64,000 nt of DNA from a virus (IMGVR_UViG_3300030339_000005); one strand, 5' to 3'. Counted from the stretch's first letter, positions 15,001-28,908 are shown. Program-made: numbers and translations. The notes: generated by a model from the sequence alone, not told the origin.

Positions 15001-18000
15001 GTTTTCATCCCAACCTAACATAGTTAAGTTACGACCAACACTATCAGTTAAACAGAATGTAAAACAACATAAAACATAATCAATACAATTTCTTAAATCA
15101 AAGAATTTTTCAAATGTTAAACTATCAGCAAAAGCTTCATCAGTTGCATTTGCCATCCAATAAATTGCATTCAAAAAGTCAGTATGTTGTTGTGTAGCAA
15201 ATATTGCCTTATTTTTATTAATTCTATAAAAAGTTGATCCAGGATTAGTTAATGAAGGAAGTGTTGGACTATACGTTTCAGTTCTTTCGGACTCATTTGC
15301 TAAAAGTGAAGTATAGTAATCAACTACTTGATTTCCCGATCTATCAGCTTTTCCTGTCGTTTCTAATTTATCTCAAACTCAACGTAATGTTTTTGTAGAA
15401 TTAGGAGCATTTAAATCAAGTTCATGAGGATTAATTAAATTATAAGTTCTTGTTCAAACTCCATTTAAATATTCTTCTCAATGTCCAATTCCAAAATCAC
15501 CCGGATCTCTACATTCTCAGTCCATTACTAATTCAGCACCTTGTCTTCAAGCTAATTCTTGAGCATCATTTGTCTTATTTCAATAGTCTACTCCTTGTTG
15601 CCAAATGTGTTTTTCAGCATTATAAATTATTCCTACATGAGATTTATTAGTTGGGGAAGTTCCTAAATTCGAACCTTGATCATCAGTTGCATATCTGATT
15701 AAAGTATATGTCCCATGAGAATTTGAAATACCTTCAGAAATACTAATAGAAGATCATGTATAATCATGATAATCAGTTGATTTAATATTAGTTGTTTTAT
15801 CAACAGCTATGCCAATATATAAGTTACCAATAGGACTATTTTCGAATTGTGTATTAGTTTTCGAAACAGAGTATACAACTCATGTATATTTTCCATTTGA
15901 TTGTAGTAAACCTTCTGATGAATTAATTGGAAATCAAGTATAATCAGATGCTACTTTATTTTCAAAGAGTTCATTATTTTGAGCTGTTTCAATATATGAT
16001 GTTGATAAAACTCTTCCATAATAATCAACTAATAACTGTTCAGAACGCATATCAAGAAATTTACAATAACCAGATCTTAATTCTTCATGAACAGAGTCAC
16101 CATTAGATTCAGAACGATAAATATAATATCTTCTATTAGGATCACTCTTTTCACTAGGCATTGAATATAACTTTCTATGCTGCTTTAAATTCCAAGTATA
16201 TAATCCGGTAAATCGTTTTGAGTATCAAGTTTGATCAATTTTATAATCTCCATTCATAATAAATGGAAATCCATCAACAGCTAATCTTAATGGATATACT
16301 GGATATCTACTTAAGTTATCAACTACTGTATCAGGACGTGTTACTGTATAATTTATAAAAGGATTAGCTCTACCAAACACAGGAGTGAATTGTTCTGCAC
16401 CTTCTGAATTTTCTCAGTTAAATGGATATCTAAAGACTTGTTCTGATAATTTTGCTATAATTAGATTATTACAATGTGAACTATCAATATAGTTTGCTTT
16501 TAAATGATAAGAATCCCAATCTGGTCATGGTCTAACAATAGGATCTCCATTATTATAAACCATATTATAAAATTTTGGTGTTTTAGTTTGAGTTAGATCT
16601 CAAGCTTGACCATCAAAAATATCAATACCATAATTCTTAATAGGATAAGATAATGATGAATTACCTTGTAAGTCAACATCAACTGGAAAAGGCATAACCA
16701 TAGTTTGATAAGCTCCATCAAATTCTCCTATAGCTTGAGGATCAGGGATATAAGTATCAGCAATGTTTTCTTCGTTACCAGGATTAAAACTTAATTCTAG
16801 TTGAGTCATAATATCTTTTTGTATAGCACTTCGATCACCCTCCATATAACCAGAGGAAAGAATTGGGGTAGCTACACTATTAAGTTCTTCTAATAATGCC
16901 CGTCCCCCATCTTCAGGATAACATGCAATATAATTAGCTAAAATGTCATCAGTTGTTAAACAAGTCTTATAAACTCTTAAAAATCTAATTTTTGTTTCAG
17001 CAATTCCTACAACTTCTCCTAATAAATTTTTATAACCATTAATATAAATATGTTCGTCAGCTTGAGTTAAGAATAATTCTTGATCAACAAATGTTCCAAA
17101 TGATGAAATAACACCATTTAAATAAACATATACTTCTTTAGTATCTATATTAAAAGTAATAACAACATGAGCATATTCTTGACCTTCAACTCATTCTCCA
17201 TTCTTAGTAAGTACTCTACTATCACAGATAATAGGAACACTAATATTTGTTGATAATCCATTAATTCTTAACTCATTTGCAGTTACATAAATACCTACAG
17301 ATGGAGTAATTTCTGGTCTACCAATACTTAATTGATAAACCCCTTCTCCAACTAAAGCACCCTCTCTAATTGAGAATTCAATAGTTAAACCAGTTGTATT
17401 ATTTTCAAATCCTGCAAGTGGTGCATAATTAACTTCAACATAAGCTGAACCATTCATTGAAAGATCATCACCTAAATGTTGATTTGCTCCAGTAATTTCT
17501 CAACCATTTAATTCAGTATTAAATCCGTTAAGAACTGCATAATTATCTGGTAAATTTAATGTATATTTATTTTCTCATAATCCTCAATTTGGAGAATTAT
17601 TAGTTTTACCTTTAGCATTTAGATATAATTCTAATTTAGATATTGGTGTTTCTAATACAATATAAGAAGATTTTTGTTGTAATGATAGATTTAATAAATT
17701 AGTATTAGCCCAATAGGTTTCATTTTCAGGTAACTCTAATAGCTCTGACGTGTATCTTATTGAGATACTATTTCCACTATCAGGTAGTAATAATACTACT
17801 TCATTACCTTTTTGTGAAAGACTTGGTGCAGAAATATAATAAGGACTAACTCTTAATCCATTAATTTCTAACCATGCTTTAGATTGATAAGTATATTGGC
17901 CAATATATTCTGAATTTTCATCATAATAAATGTTTACGGGAAGTACAATAGTATCTCCAACATAATATGATAAATTAGTATTAAAATCTGTAGAAGAATA

Positions 18001-18978
18001 TAAAATTCCTGATTTATTTACAACAATGTTAATAGTAAGAGTATTAGAAATAACTCCTAATCCAGTTGCTGAGATTGTTAAATTATAATCACCAATTTCT
18101 GTAAACTCTCTAGGTATAGTATAGTTAACAAAGAATACTTGACCTGATATAAAATTTGCATCATTTGGAGTAAGTTTGTAATTAGAAACTTTATCAACTA
18201 CAGCTGCATAATCTTGATAAACTAAATGTCCAGAATTATTTGGATCATCTACTAACATTCTTCCAGATAATGTATAAGTTAAATCAATTGTATTTATAAT
18301 AGAAGACACTCCAAAACCAACAACAATAGGTGTATTTTGTCTATATGTTTGTTCAGACAAAAAGTTTGAAGTTAATGTAATTGTTCCAACTATAATAGTT
18401 AAGTTTAAAGTTGCAACTGAAGACTTTCCAAATTTATCTGTTACGTGAACATCAGAAAATACATAAGTACCTTCTGGTAATGTTACTTGATATAAATCTG
18501 AATCAGGATTATAGTACTCACTTCCATAAATTAAAGCTGTTAAGTTTAGAGTATTATTTCCATTATGTAATCCTGATAAAATAAAGGAAGTTTGTCCTTG
18601 TGCAATGTTAGGATTAGTTCCGGTTAAAGTTAACTCTCCTCCTTCGGCATCGAATAACTCAATGTCTAAAAGTAACTCATCACCTATTTTATAAATAAAT
18701 GTTGAGTTTTTAATTTTAATTATTGGTGCTGTATTATTTGTTGGAGTTGCTGCACCATATTCTGCTATATATTCAATTAATGCTTCAATAGAGTCAATTA
18801 CAACACTAGTATTAGAATCAACAATAATAGTTGTTCTTCCTAATTTATTTGTTAAAGCATCAAATGTCTGTTGTAAGGTATCTGCATTTTCATTAATTGC
18901 TATAACTACAGCATTAAATTCAGGTGCTGTTAAAGTGCTACCTTCTACTTTTGTTGGTATGTTTAAATGTGTTGTCAT
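6073..18978 (-). CDS. giant virion/tail protein, about 4300 aa, dozens of in-frame TGA; BspA-type LRRs (about 14600-11700 and 8400-6100), Gly-rich beta-helix-like repeats (about 11700-8800); ATG 18976-18978, true stop TAA 6073-6075
   Basis: Sixteen ORF-track fragments all share one frame; hand scan of every gap found only TGA, no TAA/TAG; normal TGG Trp codons also present. Confidence 0.6.
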
Positions 18979-18980
18979 TT

Positions 18981-19259
18981 CTATCTTGTTAAATAATCAT
19001 TTTCAGTATTAGTATCACCTGATAAGTTCAAAGTAAACGAATAAGTAAAAGCTCCAGATCCAGCAGATCCAAGTTTTTTAAATCCTCCATTAAATCTTAC
19101 ATATACGTTTTCATCTTCTTTACAAGCTACAATTAATCCATCATATGCATTCTCTATTGTATCTAATTCATCAACTGTTTCACATAATGTGCGAACATCA
19201 ATTGGGGATTCGCTTTTTACATCGAATCCCGCAATTATTTCAATTCCTTGTTTAGCCAT
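18981..19259 (-). CDS. hypothetical protein, 92 aa; ends TAG
   Basis: ORF track; 2-nt spacing to giant gene start. Confidence 0.5.
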   Translation of the reverse strand: MAKQGIEIIAGFDVKSESPIDVRTLCETVDELDTIENAYDGLIVACKEDENVYVRFNGGFKKLGSAGSGAFTYSFTLNLSGDTNTENDYLTR

Positions 19260-20457
19260 TTCTTGAACTTTTTATTTCTGCTGTAACTGTTGTTGAATCT
19301 GTTAATAAACCTATGTTTAGAGATTCAAAATCAATTGCGTTATTATTTGTATCTTGATATATATTAGATACTTTCTTTCTATTTCAAAGTGTATTTTTAC
19401 TATTTCCACTTATTACAGTTCCTTCATATGCAGATGCTGTAAACTCATCTGCTTGTATTCCAACCATATCTACATATCCAGCTAAGCTTGTTGTTGGATT
19501 TATTGGAATTGTTCCTGCTTCAATATCTCTATCTGTAAGTAATACAGATCCTGATTTACTTGCTAAGAAGAATATATTTTGAGATAATGCTCAAGTAACT
19601 TTATCACCAACTGCTTGTGCTCAATTTACAGATAAATCTAAATCTGGAACTGCTATAGCTCAATCTGATAATATTACTACATCAGAAGCAATTGCTGTTG
19701 GACTTAATCCTCTAATTAAAAAGTACTTATTTGCTCCAATAGTTCCTGATAAATTAGCTTTAATTCAACCAGTTTGATCAGCATTCTTTCAATAAAGTTT
19801 TGCATTATTTAAACTTAAACTAGTATTAGAAGAATTATATAAAGTAATAAAAGAATGACTAATTTTAATCTTAGTTTGTTCATTATCAATAATTGAAGTT
19901 GGTGAGAATACTTGTACTATTCTTACTACTTCAGCAACTGTTGGTAATGATTGTCCTGTAGTTACACTTAAAATAGAACTATCTGCATGATTGCCATCTA
20001 AATCGTAAACTCTAATAACAACATTATAAGTAGCATTAGTTGTTAATCCTGATATAGTTGCTGTTAAATCACTAGTTGTCGTGCGTGATACACCATTTAT
20101 TAATACATCATAATAGTCAATTCCATTATCATCCGTTGAAGCACCTCAAACTATAGTAAATCCTGTTGTTGTTACTATTGTAGCCATTACATTAGTAGGA
20201 GCTGTTGGTATAACACTTGTTGGATTTAAAGTATATCTAAAAGTTTCTTGATAAACAGTAGATAAATTATAGGGATTTTTTAATTGAAAATATACAATAT
20301 AATCTCCCTCCGCATTTGGAAGGGAGAATTCTACTGTATAATCTTCTGGCAATAACTGCCATTCAGCCTCTTCTATATTTGTTAATGATGTTCTATAATG
20401 TGTAGCACCTAATCCTTTTAGTGTACCCTTTATAAAAATATCATTAAACTGGAACAT
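19252..20457 (-). CDS. structural protein, about 401 aa, about 9 in-frame TGA; ends TAA 19252-19254
   Basis: Frame of ORF 20146-20457 scanned open down to 19252 with only TGA interruptions. Confidence 0.55.
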
Positions 20458-21535
20458 ATAAAGAATTTCTAGGTCTCATTGTAGGTGTAGCAATAATAAC
20501 TGATGCAGTCTTACTCTTAATACTTGTTGCAGTATAATCAGTTAAGTTATCAATTGAAGCTACAGTTGGATTAATAATTGTTTTAAGTTTCTGCTTTGAG
20601 TTATCATTATAATAATGAGCAATATTTTGAGGAACCAAATAATCTTCAACTAATGGAAGTATATTTGCTGTAGCACCATATAAATCAATAAAGTGAGGAG
20701 TTAATGAACCTGTATTAAATATTGTTGATGGAGGAGTAACTAATGCATTATCAGCTACAAATATTTCTGTCATTTTACTTGATACAAAAATTGTAGGAGC
20801 ATCTAAATCATAATAAAATTTTACTCCTGCATTTGCAGCATCTTCTCCTGCAATTGAAGTAAATTTAATACCAAAATTAAATGTAGCATCATCTATTGGA
20901 TTACCATTAAGAATATCATAAAAATGATTATTCATAATCTTGGCTCCTCTAATTAAGAAATATCTTCCAGGTTGAATTGTTCCACTTAAAGTAGTCTTAA
21001 CTCAATTTGTCGCTAATGCAGGATAATCCGGAATAGTTGTATATTCTGTAGCAGGTGCAACAATTGTTGATGTTGCATTTTGATGTCTTGTCCAAATAGC
21101 AACTGAACTTAAATCTATTGGACTTGCTGAATTATTATATAATGAAATTCATGAGTAATTACAATTAATTCCATCAGCATAAGTATCAGCATCAGCATTA
21201 CAACCATATGATTGTGCTATTCTTAATTTAGAATATAATGTAGAAACTGAAGGATTTAAAGATCCTAATAAAAGAACTTCTGAAGAAGCAATATCTGATT
21301 CATCTAATGAATTATTTAATTTACATTTTACATAATATGTTCCAGGAACATTTGGTAAATCATGTCTAACAACAAAAGTGCCATCTTCTTCAGGAACTGG
21401 AAGTCTTGTTGCAGTTGTAATTGCGTCTAAATTTGTAGTAGACTCAACGCTAGTTTCATGAGAAACTTTATAATGGGTTGCCCCAGTGCCATTAATTCTA
21501 ACGGCTAAGAATGGATCATTTACTTGTGTTGCCAT
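20444..21535 (-). CDS. structural protein, about 363 aa, in-frame TGA at 21149 and 21002; ends TAA
   Basis: ORFs 20444-20935 and 21149-21535 same frame; gap open; real TAA at 21539-21541 bounds the start. Confidence 0.55.
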
Positions 21536-21538
21536 GCT

Positions 21539-22546
21539 TTAATTTCAATTATTTGTTGTTATGTTATTTAATATTGCTTTAATTCCTGTTGAGACAGTAA
21601 TATCAGTTAATAATGTATCTCCCCCTTTTTCTATGGATAATCCTCATATCTCTGCATAAATACCTTTTAGAATAGTCATTGAATTAAGAATAGCAGGAAG
21701 ATTAGCATTTTCTCCAATTACTTCATTTATAATGGCCTCAACATTTAAAGCTTCTATTGAAATTGAAGTTAATAATGTTTCTACAAATACTGTAGAAATA
21801 CTTAACGAATTTACAATCGCTTTTAAACCCTCAGTAATAGTTAATGCAGTTATAATTGGTTTAATATGATTTATTTCAAATGTTCCAGAAGTTAAAATTA
21901 CTTGTACTGGTGGTCCTATTTTAGTAGTAAATGTAAGTTCTAATTCAGAATTATATTTTAATTTTGGAGTTACATATACATTATAAATATCAGGTTCATT
22001 ATTAACTTCAATTGACTTATAGATTAATTCAAAAGCATTAACAATATTTATCCCATTTGAATCTTCAATTCTTTTTAAATATCATGTGGCTGGAAGAGCT
22101 ACAATTATATAGCCTTCTGTTGTTAATTCATGATAATCAAAAGAACTATAGTCATCTATTTTAGTAAGATTATTAATTATTGTAATTGTTGGATACTCTT
22201 CAGAAAATCCTAAATAAACTGATTTATTTGGGAATTCATTATCATAGTTTGGATATAAGATTTTATTAAAAAGATCTGAATATGTTATATTTGATAAATC
22301 AGATCCTTTTAATAAACCTCCTAATTTTTCTAATGATAGAATAGAAGAATTGTAAACTCCACCACCTCCACTTGAGCCAGAACCAAGAGTAACATAATCT
22401 TGATTATTTAATGCAAAGTATAAAGATGCTAAATGAGTTTCACTATCTATAATGACAACATATAATCCACCAGTAGTTAATCTTCTTTTAAATACTAAGT
22501 CATTAAAAGCAGATTGGGTTCTTATATAATGTATTGTTGTATTCAT
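21539..22546 (-). CDS. structural protein, about 335 aa, about 4 in-frame TGA
   Basis: Frame of ORF 22082-22546 continues through TGA to TAA at 21539. Confidence 0.5.
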
Positions 22547-22875
22547 TAAATATTATCTAAAATTGGCATTTTTACATAAAGCTCGCCTGCAGCATTTCTC
22601 ATTACAGGAAGATGTCCTAATAATAGAGTATCATCTGTGGGAACTTCTAATTTAATAATGTTTGTAGTTGCTACTGAAACAATAGAGTTATCTATAAAGT
22701 ATCCAGTTACCTCTAAATTATCTATATAATATTGAGTTAATGCTGGATTATTTACACCACTCTTTGCATATATTACAGCTTCATATAATAAATCATATTC
22801 TGGAAATATTCCTAAATTTAGTTTTCCTATATGCTCACTAAAACAATTTGTTAGTTGTGTTAAAAAACTATCCAT
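22546..22875 (-). CDS. hypothetical protein, 109 aa (no TGA)
   Basis: ORF track; TAATG-type overlap with next gene. Confidence 0.5.
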   Translation of the reverse strand: MDSFLTQLTNCFSEHIGKLNLGIFPEYDLLYEAVIYAKSGVNNPALTQYYIDNLEVTGYFIDNSIVSVATTNIIKLEVPTDDTLLLGHLPVMRNAAGELYVKMPILDNI

Positions 22876-23464
22876 TACAATTACATTGAAGGTTATTAAC
22901 TAAATCATTAAAATTTCCACAGATTTGTAGATTATGAACTAAAATATTTGCTGTATTTCATTGAGAGTTTAATACAAGTGTATCTATAACATAAATTCCC
23001 ATCATTAATGTATTATTAATTAAACTTAAGGATTTATCAATTGAACAACCACTAATATTCTTAGCAATTGTCTTTTTAATAGTATTATAGTTTCTAACTA
23101 TATTATATTTATGAATTATGAATCTTTCTTCAACATCATTAGCAAAACTAGTTTGACTAAAGTCCATGTTTAATAAATCTACAGCTGTATACTCAGTAGA
23201 ATCATTATATTGTAATATTACATTATTATGAATATAAAACACACCTGATTCAGTAGGAGTTATAGTAGGTAATTTAATTGATACAATATAATATAAACTA
23301 TCTGCATTTAACGTAAAGGTTGATGTAGAGTTAATTATATTACTGTCAACTAATGAGGCAGTTGAAAAATCTACTTTAACTACAGTATGTAAATATGCAA
23401 AACCATTACTAATTGGATTTGCGACTGTAATTACTTTGCTGGTATCAGATTGTGTAATAGTCAT
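22868..23464 (-). CDS. hypothetical structural protein, about 198 aa, TGA at 22958; ends TAG 22868
   Basis: ORF 22958-23464 frame continues to TAG at 22868-22870. Confidence 0.5.
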
Positions 23465-23468
23465 AAAC

Positions 23469-23969
23469 TTAATTATAAAATTTTAATTCTCCAGTTGTAA
23501 ATAATACTGCTTCTGATTTTCTTCTATACACTAATCCAGTCAATGGAATTCCACCACCTGTTACATAGTGAGTAGTTCACCAATCATATAACTGTGGTGA
23601 GCTAGAATTAATTAATGAGAATAGAGTTGCACTTCCACCAGTATTATAAATAAAAGAGGCTAATGCTGCAATCTGATTATCATTTAATTTTACTTTAATC
23701 TTTCTTTGGATAATTGCTAGAATTGGATTCATATCAACTTCTAATTGATGATTAGCTTCATCTAATGTGTGAATAATGGATAATTGATATGCTAGAACTT
23801 TATTTTTTGGTCCCTTTACAAACTGTTTATCTGAATCTAATATTGCATGACCCCATCCCTCAGTTCATATCCCTATGGGATCCATTTTAGGTTGTAAACC
23901 TATTTCATGTAAATCTCCATCATGAAGGGATTCATAATGAGAGATTAGTTTTATAAGATTATTTATCAT
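23469..23969 (-). CDS. endolysin, GH24 phage-lysozyme-like, 166 aa, TGA-recoded
   Basis: Hand translation MINNLIKLISHYESLHDGDLHEIGLQPKMDPIGI[TGA]TEGWGHAIL... matches the E/D/T and G-x-W-T-I-G-x-G-H pattern of phage lysozymes; not in ORF track due to TGAs. Confidence 0.6.
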
Positions 23970-24205
23970 TATTGTTTTGTAATTTGAGCTGATAATCCAA
24001 TTGCATAACAAGCAGCAATAGCGTATCCAGCAATTGTAAATATAATTGCAGGAACTCCTAAAGCAACTAATCCAAATGTAGCATTTGCAGTTACTAAGGC
24101 TACTCCAATTGTTCCCAAAGATACAGAAATATTACGAACTTTTTTTCAAAAGATAGGACTTTCTGCATTTCAGCGTTCTACTAATTCTAAAAATAGTTTT
24201 TTCAT
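23969..24205 (-). CDS. holin-like small membrane protein, 78 aa, two in-frame TGA
   Basis: Hand translation MKKLFLELVER[W]NAESPIF[W]KKVRNISVSLGTIGVALVTANATFGLVALGVPAIIFTIAGYAIAACYAIGL...; two hydrophobic helices; stop overlaps lysozyme ATG (TAATG). Confidence 0.45.
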
Positions 24206-24232
24206 TGTTTTATATATTATTTATTAAATTAA

Positions 24233-26683
24233 TTACTTTGTGGCTATTTGTCTTGAACCTATTGTATCTGATTGATAATGTACTCCAATAGAGTGTACAA
24301 ACGCATTACCTGTAAAAGCATCTCCCGTTGGTCTACTTAAAGCGAATACGCAAATATCCCCAATCTTCTTTCCAGTTCCTACAATAACTGAAGCAGCATT
24401 TGCTAATTGATGTGTACCAATGACTCCACTTCCAGCTTGAGAAATAGCCATTGATGTTGAAGTTGGAAAAACTGCATTTACATTAGTTATACTATATTCA
24501 AAAGTAAAATCACAACTTCCAGTATTAGTTGACTCTGGAGATCAGTGTAAATGTACATGTAGATCAGTTCCCTCTTTATATCCATGGGGTAATTCAAAGG
24601 ATCCATAAACAGTTTCTGTAGATGCGTTTTCAAATAAAACACCATAGATTCCATTTTTAAAGATAGCCATTGGAGGAACAGTTGCTCCACCACGTAAATT
24701 TGCCGCATGAATTATAATATCATTTCAAACAACTGTATCTAAAACCATAGTTTTTTCTGCACCTGTTGTAACATATAAATCCGTTGGTGCTGCAGCATTA
24801 GTTTTTATATTTGGAGTATTGATAATATGAGAATAAACAGCAGAGAATTGTTTTGATACACTTCCCATTGGTATTAAATTATCAAATGGGGGTAGTAGAT
24901 CATCTCTTGTATATTTAGATTCTGAAAATGTCTCAGATGAATAATCATCATTCATTATTACTGCATTAATAATGCCATTTCCATTCATATTTTTACTACC
25001 ATAATTATTTGTATCAATATGACTCTTAACAATTTGTCCTTGAGTTATATCAAACATATTATATGCAAATAAATCGCTATAATAAACACTATTTAGAGTA
25101 CAAGTAGCAATACTTCCACGAATATTGTTTCCATATAGAGAGCCATTATCAATAGTAGAATTGTATAATTTAGATGGTAATATACCATTTAAAAGAAAGT
25201 TATTTCCAATAATTGATGCTGTATTTGTTAAACTAATATTATAAATTATACCATACCCAATATTATTTAAAATAGAATAAGTTCCGCCACCAAATTCAGT
25301 ATCAATTATTACATTATAAAGACGTTCTAAATTATTATTTTCAAATTTACAATATCCTTCCGCATTTAAGTTTCAATCATTATATTCAACCAAGAATCCA
25401 TCACTAGGAACAGCGGCTTCACCAAGAGAGTTTCCCTTATTATCCCATTGTCTTGAGACATAACCATAAGTTCCTTGAGTAATATCATAAGTGCAATTAA
25501 AAATTTTATCTACATATCAATTAGTAGATGTATTAAGTAAAGTTCACTCAGTTGAATTTAGTGTTCAGGTATTAGTGGCATTTAAAGTATTGGTATTGCC
25601 TTTAGCTTCTCATAATCTTCCGCCCCAAATAGTCAGTGCGCCAGCAAATACAGTAGTATTTTTAACTCATACTCCAATAGAACTAGTCATTATTGGAGTT
25701 CCACTAACTGTTCCATAGGATCCCTTCATATATGTATATGGAACACGTCCAATACGTAATCCATTCGTAAAGAAACTAGTTGTAGTTGCTGCTTGAATAA
25801 TAATTCCACTGTCGTTGGGACGTCCCATAATTTTATATAATCGACCAGGTCTTAATGTTCCACCATTAGCAGCAGTTTTTGCATCACTTACTGTAATATT
25901 AACAATTGATGGCATAACTAAAGTTGATGTTCAAGTAAATGCAGGTTCTGTAACAGTTCCTTTAATCATATATAATCCTGAATCTTGTAGTTGTAAACCA
26001 CCTTCTCCAAAGTTAACATAATATCCTGGGATTGTTGTTAAATAAAAGCAATTTTTTACTGAAGTTGGCACTGTAGTTGGAGTTGCCATACCAATAAATG
26101 TATAGCCAGCGGTATCAGCTAAGACTCCTAAGTTATTAAGAAAGGATGCTTTATAAAAATCAGAAACAGGATTTTGATATGAAAGATATGTACTTAAATC
26201 ATCTCCTACTCAAGTTCAATTACTTCAGGTATTATTTTCAACATCAACTAAATTACGCATATAAATTTTACCAGTCTCAATATACTGAATTTGAATTGAT
26301 CCAGTAGTTTCTATTAAGTTACTAAATACAATTAATTTTAAATTTATTGTGTTATTTAGAGTAGTTTCTAAAGTGCCTTCATATAACCCAGATTCAGTTA
26401 AGTTATCTAAGGACTCAATAGTAAGTAATCCAACTAATTTAGCATTAACTAATGAATTAATATTAATTCTTGCTTGTCTTTTTTCATTTGATGTAAAAAT
26501 TTGATTTTCGTTAACTCCTACTTTCTTATCTAAAATTTCTGTAGTATTTGTTAAATCATCAACAACATCAATAATATCATTAATTTTACTAACAATAGCA
26601 TTTACTTCTGTTGAAGTTAAGCCGTATTCTGTATTAGGTAATGATTGTCTAGATCTTTTTTCTGTTATATTTAATGTTTCCAT
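24233..26683 (-). CDS. tailspike/tail fiber with right-handed beta-helix-like repeats, about 816 aa, about 15 in-frame TGA; ends TAA
   Basis: ORFs 24233-24451, 24725-25057, 25667-25915, 26225-26683 same frame; gaps scanned open except TGA. Confidence 0.55.
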
Positions 26684-26685
26684 TC

Positions 26686-28908
26686 TTATTCATTTTTAAT
26701 TTCATCATTACGAGGATTAGTATCAAGTAATTGAATAGCCTCTAACTGAACACGTTTCTTTTCCCACTCTAATTTTTCTTCATTATATTTACTTTCATCC
26801 TTAGCTTTAAATCATTCTAATTCTTTAGTAAATTGAAGACGATCTTGCTCTAATTTAATTTTCTCTTGATTTAAGAATTCAACTTGTTGTTTAAGTTTTT
26901 GAGCTTCAGAAGATACTTGTTGAAGTTGTTGATTTAATTGTTGAGCTTGTTGTTGTAATTTATTTAATTGATCATCCTCTTTCTTTTTCTTCTCAATAGA
27001 TGTTTTAACATCTTCTTTCATTTTTGTTAAGCCAGTTGCAGTAACGATTTCTATCAATGTTACTGGATCAATTAAATTATTCTTTGTTAACTCCATACCT
27101 AGTTGCTTAATAATTTCTTGTTCCTTAATTACTTCAGAACTATCAGAAATATTAATATCATAATCAGTTACTGAGTAATGTTCGGGAAGTGCTGTAAAGA
27201 TTTTATTTAATTTTTCACCTAAAACTAAAGTTCCAGAAATACCATTTTTATAGACACTCTTAGTTAAATTTAATATATCTAAAAGAATTTCTCGTGTTAA
27301 TAAGTCCATTACTTGATAATATTGTTTTGTAATATATCCAGATTGACGAACTCCTACTTGAACATTTGTAACAGCATCTTTTTGTTCAATTCCACCAAGT
27401 TTTTCTTTAAACACACCTGTAATCATAGAACAAGTTTCTTCATTTCTTTGAATAGCTAGATCAATAGCTTGAATAGTTTCTAATTTAATCGTATCATCAT
27501 AACCATTAAAAGAAGTGTTTCCCATAGGTAATCCTTCTTGAGAGGAATCAAATAATGCAATTCCAGATTTCTTATAAGCTTTTCACTTCATAAGTCTGTC
27601 TGCAGTTGTAGCTCCTAAAAATATAGGAAGATGAGCAACATCTAATCAATCTCCAGTTCCACCGGATTCAGAAATAACGTTATCTCTATAAAAATAAAGA
27701 ACATCATTCTTATCTTGTAAATTAGCAGTCTTTAAAATTAATGAATATGGATCTCCATTTCTATCTGAATAGAATAGACCATTTACAGATAGATCACATT
27801 CATATGGACTATCCATACTACGAATTGGATTCTCAATTTTACCTGTTGTAATATAAATTAAAGTTCCTATACGAGTCCCTTCATATCTATTAACTACTCA
27901 GTTATCTCCCTCTTTTTCAGTTTTTAATCACTCTACATCATAGACTGGAAACAATCTAAAATATTTGGATGTATTGCGTTCAAATGGCAATAGAGGAGTT
28001 ATTTCAAATCCACCTAGAATACCATCTGATATGGTATTTCCAGTTGTACTATCATAACTTCTCAAATATGTAGTTGTTGATCCATCAACAGAATAGTCTT
28101 GTAAATTTTCAAGCTCAGCTAAGTCCTCTCTTTTAAGATCTTTTCCATATTTAGCTAAGATCTGATCTTTAGTCATATAACGACGAATAACAGATCTATA
28201 AGACTTTTTAAGGTATGGTGACTCAGGATTTCTATCAATAAAAGTATTAATTGGATTAAGTACTTCTAATTCAATGTTAGTGTTACTTGGTGAAGCAAAG
28301 ACTTTATAATAACTTGTTCCACTAATTAATAGATCAGTTAATAATAATTTTCTTTTATTACTAAAGTCTACTGCTCTTGATTGCATTGTTCAATCGGTAA
28401 TATTTTGTCCAGCAATCTCATAATCTGAAATAAAATTTCTCTCAGTAGATTGTTGTAATTCATCTAATTTAGATCCAACTTCTGCATTTGGGCCAGCTGG
28501 TCCAGGAGTTCCTGGGCCTTGTTGATCATTAATAGCACTATATAATGTAGTTTTTAGATGGCGATTTAATTCAGCAGCCATTACATTATTTACTTGGATT
28601 TGTCTATCCTTAAAGATACTTGATAATGTTTCTTTATCTTTACAAGACACTCTAGGAAGAACAGGTGTTGATAAGTATTCACCAATTAATACATCAATAT
28701 GTTTTCTAGTAAGAGGAACAAATTCTACTGAAGTAGGAGTTCCAATTCCATAATTTTCTTCCAGATGTCTAAATTGTTCTGGATCTCGTTTACCATGATA
28801 ATAATTATATGCCTTAATGATTTGAGTCTTTTCATAGACTAATTCATTAATTGCTCTATCAATATTTTCAATGATTTCTTGTTCTGTATTATTCTTCTTT
28901 TGAGTCAT
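26686..28908 (-). CDS. portal protein (putative), about 740 aa, in-frame TGA at 28390, 27928, 26812 and others; ends TAA 26686
   Basis: ORFs 28390-28908, 27928-28386, 26812-27525 same frame; frame followed to TAA; size and position next to terminase. Confidence 0.5.
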
